DNA of 24,887 nucleotides from Macrostomum lignano (Eukaryota): NCBI GenBank assembly GCA_002269645.1, contig NIVC01002141.1, positions 1 to 24,887 of the forward strand, read 5' to 3'. Shown piece by piece: positions 21,501 to 24,887 of this stretch (position 1 is its first letter; each line of letters starts with the position of its first letter). The notes under the pieces were generated by a model. It saw only the letters and a program-made list of their open reading frames with translations, ran no database searches and was not told where the DNA came from. The position numbers and the translations under genes were made by a program.

Positions 21501-22828
21501 CAGCTCGAGGAATCGCTTCAACGGCGACGGAGTCTCGCGTTCGTCTGGCAGCGGCTTGAGCCGCTCCATGAGCACGCAGTGCACCGCGCGCATCTGGTCA
21601 CAGCAGTACACCAGCGAGTGGAACCAGTGCTGGCACAGCAGCTCCCAGGACAGGTCCATCTCTGACAGGTGCGTCGCCTCTAGTGTGCGAATCACCTCTG
21701 ACTGACGCTTTGCTGTCCGGCGGAGGCGCTCGAACTCGCGGCATATGGCCAGCACGAAGGCGCGGCAGTGCTCTCGCTTGCCCAGCCCCGTGTCCTTCAG
21801 CTGCGCCAGCAGCCGGTTCTGCGCGTCTTGCACCTGGCGGTTGAGGAAAGGGCTGGCTGAGCGATTGGAGTGTATGGGTCATGGGGGAGAAAAAGGGGAA
21901 TTGAATAATATAGGGGATGGGATTGGGGAACACTAGGGGATGGGGATTGGGGAACACTAGGGGATGGGGATTGGGAACACTAAGGGATGGGGATTGGGGA
22001 ACACTAGGGGATGGGGATTGGGGGACATTAGGGGATGGGGATTGGGGAACATTAGGGGATGGGGATTGGGGAACATTAGGGGATGGGGATTGGGGAACAT
22101 TAGGGGATGGGGATTGGGGAACACTAGGGGATGGGGATTGGGGGACATTAGGGGATGGGGATTGGGGAACATTAGGGGATGGGGATTGGGGAACATTAGG
22201 GGATGGGGATTGGGGAACATTAGGGGATGGGGATTGGGGACACTAGGGGATTGGGATTTGGGAACACTAAGGGATGGGGATTGGGGAACACTAGGGGATG
22301 GGGATTGGGGGACATTAGGGGATGGGGATTGGGGAACACTAGGGGATGGGGATTGGGGAACACTAAGGGATGGGGATTTGGGAACTTTAGGGGATGGGGA
22401 TTGGGGAACACTAGGGGATGGCAAGAAGCAGCTACCTGCTGCCGGCCCACATCCTCGAGCGCATTGTACAGAGCTCCGGGGTCCCGATCGACCAGCCAGT
22501 CGGCCATCCGCGCCAGCTTGGGATCCGGGGTTGCCGGCTGCTGCAGCTGCTGATCCGCGCAGTCGCCGCCGCTGCTCAGCGCTCGAAGGCTTCGCTGCAC
22601 CCTGGCGGCAACGGTGGCCACCCGCCTCCGGCCGGCGCTCCCGGCGGCGCTGGCCGCCCGGCAGACACGGCAGTCGCAGGGCGCGTCCGTTTGGTCGGCG
22701 GGGGCTTCCAGCTCGTCGGTCGGGGTGGTCGACTTTTCCGCGGCCGTTGCAGAGGCCGGCGGAGGCGGTGGAGGAGGCGGAGGCGGTGGCGGCCGGGCGG
22801 GATCGGCGGCCGGATCCGGGCCGCTCAT
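18442..22828 (-). CDS. FAM193: FAM193-family protein (FAM193A/B-like); join(22436-22828, 21326-21833, 19257-21134, 18608-18680, 18442-18526), ~978 aa
   Basis: Motifs recalled from FAM193A: CDCRVC; RMADWLVDRDPGALYNALED (cf. RLCERDPYQLYQRLE); LEATHLSEMDLSWELLCQHWFHSLVY (cf. LENEHLKKFQVTWELHNKHLFENLVF); FCDCCYCEVFGH; C-terminal EEVFKPR...EVDPVVEQFKSF...RQKV (cf. DDVFLPKD...EREVEYFKRF...RQR). All four introns are GT-AG with matching phases 0,1,1,2. Total length 2937 nt = 979 codons ending in TGA at 18444-18442. Confidence 0.88.
18608..18680 (-). CDS. FAM193: FAM193 exon 4 (73 nt; EEVFKPRLGSCEGEEVDPVVEQFK), missed in this frame by the ORF track
   Basis: Acceptor TTTGCTTACCCCTGTGGCAG| at 18681 and donor AG|GTAAGT at 18607. 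Confidence 0.85.
18757..18858. repeat. 15-bp tandem repeat (CACCCAGCCTCCCTG) x ~6.5 in FAM193 intron 3
   Basis: Read directly; shares the core CCCTGCACCCA with the adjacent 21-bp array. Confidence 0.95.
18878..19260. repeat. 21-bp tandem repeat (CCCTGCACCCAAATGCCCCAA) x ~17 in FAM193 intron 3, running up to the splice donor
   Basis: Read directly; includes a duplicated 68-bp block (TTCCGACC at 19040 and 19108). The track's 676-aa ORF reads through it artefactually after AREDI. Confidence 0.97.
19399..19441 (-). repeat. Coding (CAG)n tract, polyQ in FAM193 exon 3 (MQQQLQQQQQQQQQP); a second Q8 tract at ~19726-19749
   Basis: ctgctgctg runs on the + strand, in frame with the FAM193 ORF. Confidence 0.9.
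21248..21305. repeat. Incipient 18-bp tandem repeat (ATCAGAGYAGTCAGTGGG) x ~3 in FAM193 intron 2
   Basis: Units start at 21253 and 21271, with a shortened unit at 21289. Confidence 0.85.
21913..22420. repeat. 24-bp G-rich minisatellite (GGGGAACACTAGGGGATGGGGATT) x ~21 filling FAM193 intron 1
   Basis: Occupies ~85% of the 602-bp intron (21834-22435) and begins ~15 nt after the donor. Confidence 0.98.
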
Positions 22829-23061
22829 GACGATCGCTCAGCCGGCGTCAAGCGGAGGGCGGCTGAGTGGCGACGATGGCAGAATGGCCGATTGGATGAC
22901 GCCACGGTTCAGGTCCTGGCGGATGGCTGTTGGACCTGAAAGATGCGGGCGTGTTTTATTATTTTAAAGAGCCCTGAGACTCCTATGGTAGTTAAATATA
23001 CATGCGGTTACTATTAGAAACATAAAAAAGTGTTTTAATGCCCTTGGGATCATGCTTGGGA

Positions 23062-23211
23062 GCGATCTTGGGAATCACCCAGCCGTTTCTATTGGCAACA
23101 CACCCATGTACGTCGCTATTCGACAGAATAGTAGTCACGTGACTGCTCTCAGCCAATAGCGACTTACACATGTGTTACCAATAGAAACAGCCGGGCGATT
23201 CCCAAGGTTGC
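23062..23211. mobile_element. ~150-bp imperfect palindrome (MITE/foldback-like) centred on GTCACGTGAC, upstream of FAM193
   Basis: Left arm CTTGGGAATCACCCAGCCGTTTCTATTGGCAACACACCCATGTACGTCGCTATT (23067-23120). Reverse complement of the right arm (23155-23206) is CTTGGGAATCGCCCGGCTGTTTCTATTGGTAACACATGTGTAAGTCGCTATT. No clear TSD. Confidence 0.7.
23091..23182. promoter_or_regulatory. Candidate promoter motifs: E-box/CLEAR-type GTCACGTGAC (23134-23143) and CCAAT boxes (ATTGG 23091-23095, CCAAT 23153-23157 and 23178-23182)
   Basis: The motifs are seen directly, ~150-250 bp upstream of a minus-strand acceptor-like CTTTCAG|G at 22936. Function is inferred only. Confidence 0.4.
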
Positions 23212-23944
23212 GCATCATGTATGTTTGGGATGGATGAATGCTTCAAAGTTGAATTTCTTAAACTTGGGGATTAAAGCTTAAGAATCTTTCTAAAGGTCAG
23301 TGCAAAAGGACCTTAATAAAAATAGGAAGGTCTTCCTATCTTTCTTAGATCTACTTTCATTTTTCAATAGCTTTATTCAGATTGAGCTCTAAGGTAGAAA
23401 TGTTAATCTATATAATCTGTATAGACCCTATTGAAATGATGGCTTTAGTAAACTTGTTACACAAAGCATTTAGCTAGGGTAGATGTCATGTAATAAAGAA
23501 GTGTTAGGAGCAGGCCTAATTTCTTAATTGGTTGCTGCAGGGTGACAATGCTTTTCCATCAGTTGAACTTGTTTGTCTATTGGTTAGACAGATGGAGGAG
23601 TATAAAAGGTGAAACTTAACGATTGCATAGACTAAATTTGTAAATCTCCATCTTTGATACTCTCACCAACTGCTGCTACTGCCTGTACGCATATTATTTA
23701 TTTTTGCTCACCTATTTACCTCCTTTCTCTGTGCCCATCTGCCTATTTATGCTTATTTATGCTGACCTTTTTTGCTTATTGCCCACATTGCTTGTCTCTA
23801 TTTGCCTTAATATGTCTAACAATCCTATGGAGCAGACAGGCTTTGCTACTTTGCTTTACAGGCCTACACAGCCACTGCATAAGGCACTGCACCAGCTCAG
23901 CTTTGCCCACAAAGCACCCTTGACAAGGCGATTAAACAAGCAGC

Positions 23945-24672
23945 ATGGAAAAGCAGCATCCAGATTGACTGGCAATGACTCTGCTAGTAGATGACACTGG
24001 CCGCCGTCCATGACTTGCTGGATGAGTAGCTCTCTATGGAAAAGCAGCATCCAGATTGACTGGCAATGACTCTGCTAGTAGATGACACTGGCCGCCGTCC
24101 ATGACTTGCTGGATGAGTAGCTCTCTATGGAAAAGCAGCATCCAGATTGACTGGCAATGACTCTGCTAGTAGATGACACTGGCCGCCGTCCATGACTTGC
24201 TGAATGAGTAGCTCTCTATGGAAAAGCAGCATCCAGATTGACTGGCAATGACTCTGCTAGTAGATGACACTGGCCGCCGTCCATGACTTGCTGGATGAGT
24301 AGCTCTCTATGGAAAAACAGCATCCAGATTGACTGGCAATGACTCTGCTAGTAGATGACACTGGCCGCCGTCCATGACTTGCTGGATGAGTAGCTCTCTA
24401 TGGAAAAGCAGCATCCAGATTGACTGGCAATGACTCTGCTAGTAGATGACACTGGCCGCCGTCCATGACTTGCTGGATGAGTAGCTCTCTATGGAAAAAC
24501 AGCATCCAGATTGACTGGCAATGACTCTGCTAGTAGATGACACTGGCCGCCGTCCATGACTTGCTGGATGAGTAGCTCTCTATGGAAAAACAGCATCCAG
24601 ATTGACTGGCAATGACTCTGCTAGTAGATGACACTGGCCGCCGTCCATGACTTGCTGGATGAGTAGCTCTCT
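23945..24672. repeat. 91-bp tandem repeat, exactly 8 near-identical copies
   Basis: Units start at 23945, 24036, 24127, 24218, 24309, 24400, 24491 and 24582. Only two variant positions were seen. The + strand unit has stops in all three frames. Confidence 0.99.
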
Positions 24673-24887
24673 GGGAAGTAGAAGAATGCGTCTAGCAGGG
24701 AGGTGGCCCCAACCAGCCTAGGAGGCCAGCTACCTAAAGGAAGGCTTGATCCTTTGCCTCTAAGCCTTCTGGGAAGTGGCCATTGAAAAGTGACCTGAGC
24801 AGTTGCACTTTGATGGCATCAAGTGCAAGTGCTAAGCTGGTCTCCTAGTTTTACCTCAGCCCTAGATTGTCTTAAGACTGCCTAGCC

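Noticed and set aside
21917-22967. GWGLGNTR / PNPHPLMF repeat proteins and + strand GC-rich ORFs
   Set aside because: They are translations of the intronic 24-bp repeat and the antisense of FAM193 exon 1.
23945-24672. CRISPR-like regular array (the 20-, 23- and 24-bp arrays were also considered)
   Set aside because: The units are head-to-tail with no unique spacers, there are no cas genes, and the context is eukaryotic.

Overview
Eukaryotic (metazoan) genomic DNA with spliceosomal GT-AG introns. About 30% of the window is tandem repeat. The GC-rich codons, polyQ/polyA tracts, repeat-filled introns, a putative 35-nt intron and an intronless orphan peptide-type GPCR are consistent with a free-living flatworm such as Macrostomum, but that assignment is inference. 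Four protein-coding genes lie on the minus strand, listed in transcription order from right to left. (1) A 5-exon FAM193-family gene (18442-22828, ~978 aa), rebuilt by hand from splice sites. (2) An intronless class-A orphan GPCR (12430-13509). (3) A 2-exon, ~1218-aa gene (4795-9403) fusing a stonustoxin/verrucotoxin-type MACPF/CDC pore-forming module to FN3, an AIG1/septin-like GTPase and a Cys-rich/coiled-coil tail, with a hidden polybasic first exon. (4) A signal-peptide + WSC-domain gene (245-733) that probably continues off the left edge. Non-coding features are a 5'-truncated CORE-type tRNA SINE, a ~150-bp palindromic MITE-like element carrying an E-box and CCAAT boxes upstream of FAM193, a strongly CpG-depleted block, and at least ten tandem arrays (15-91 bp units). 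There is no CRISPR array, rRNA or intact tRNA. The best candidate for an unexplored system is the leaderless pore-forming-toxin/GTPase fusion, possibly a cell-autonomous immune effector. All family assignments come from recalled motifs, not database searches.
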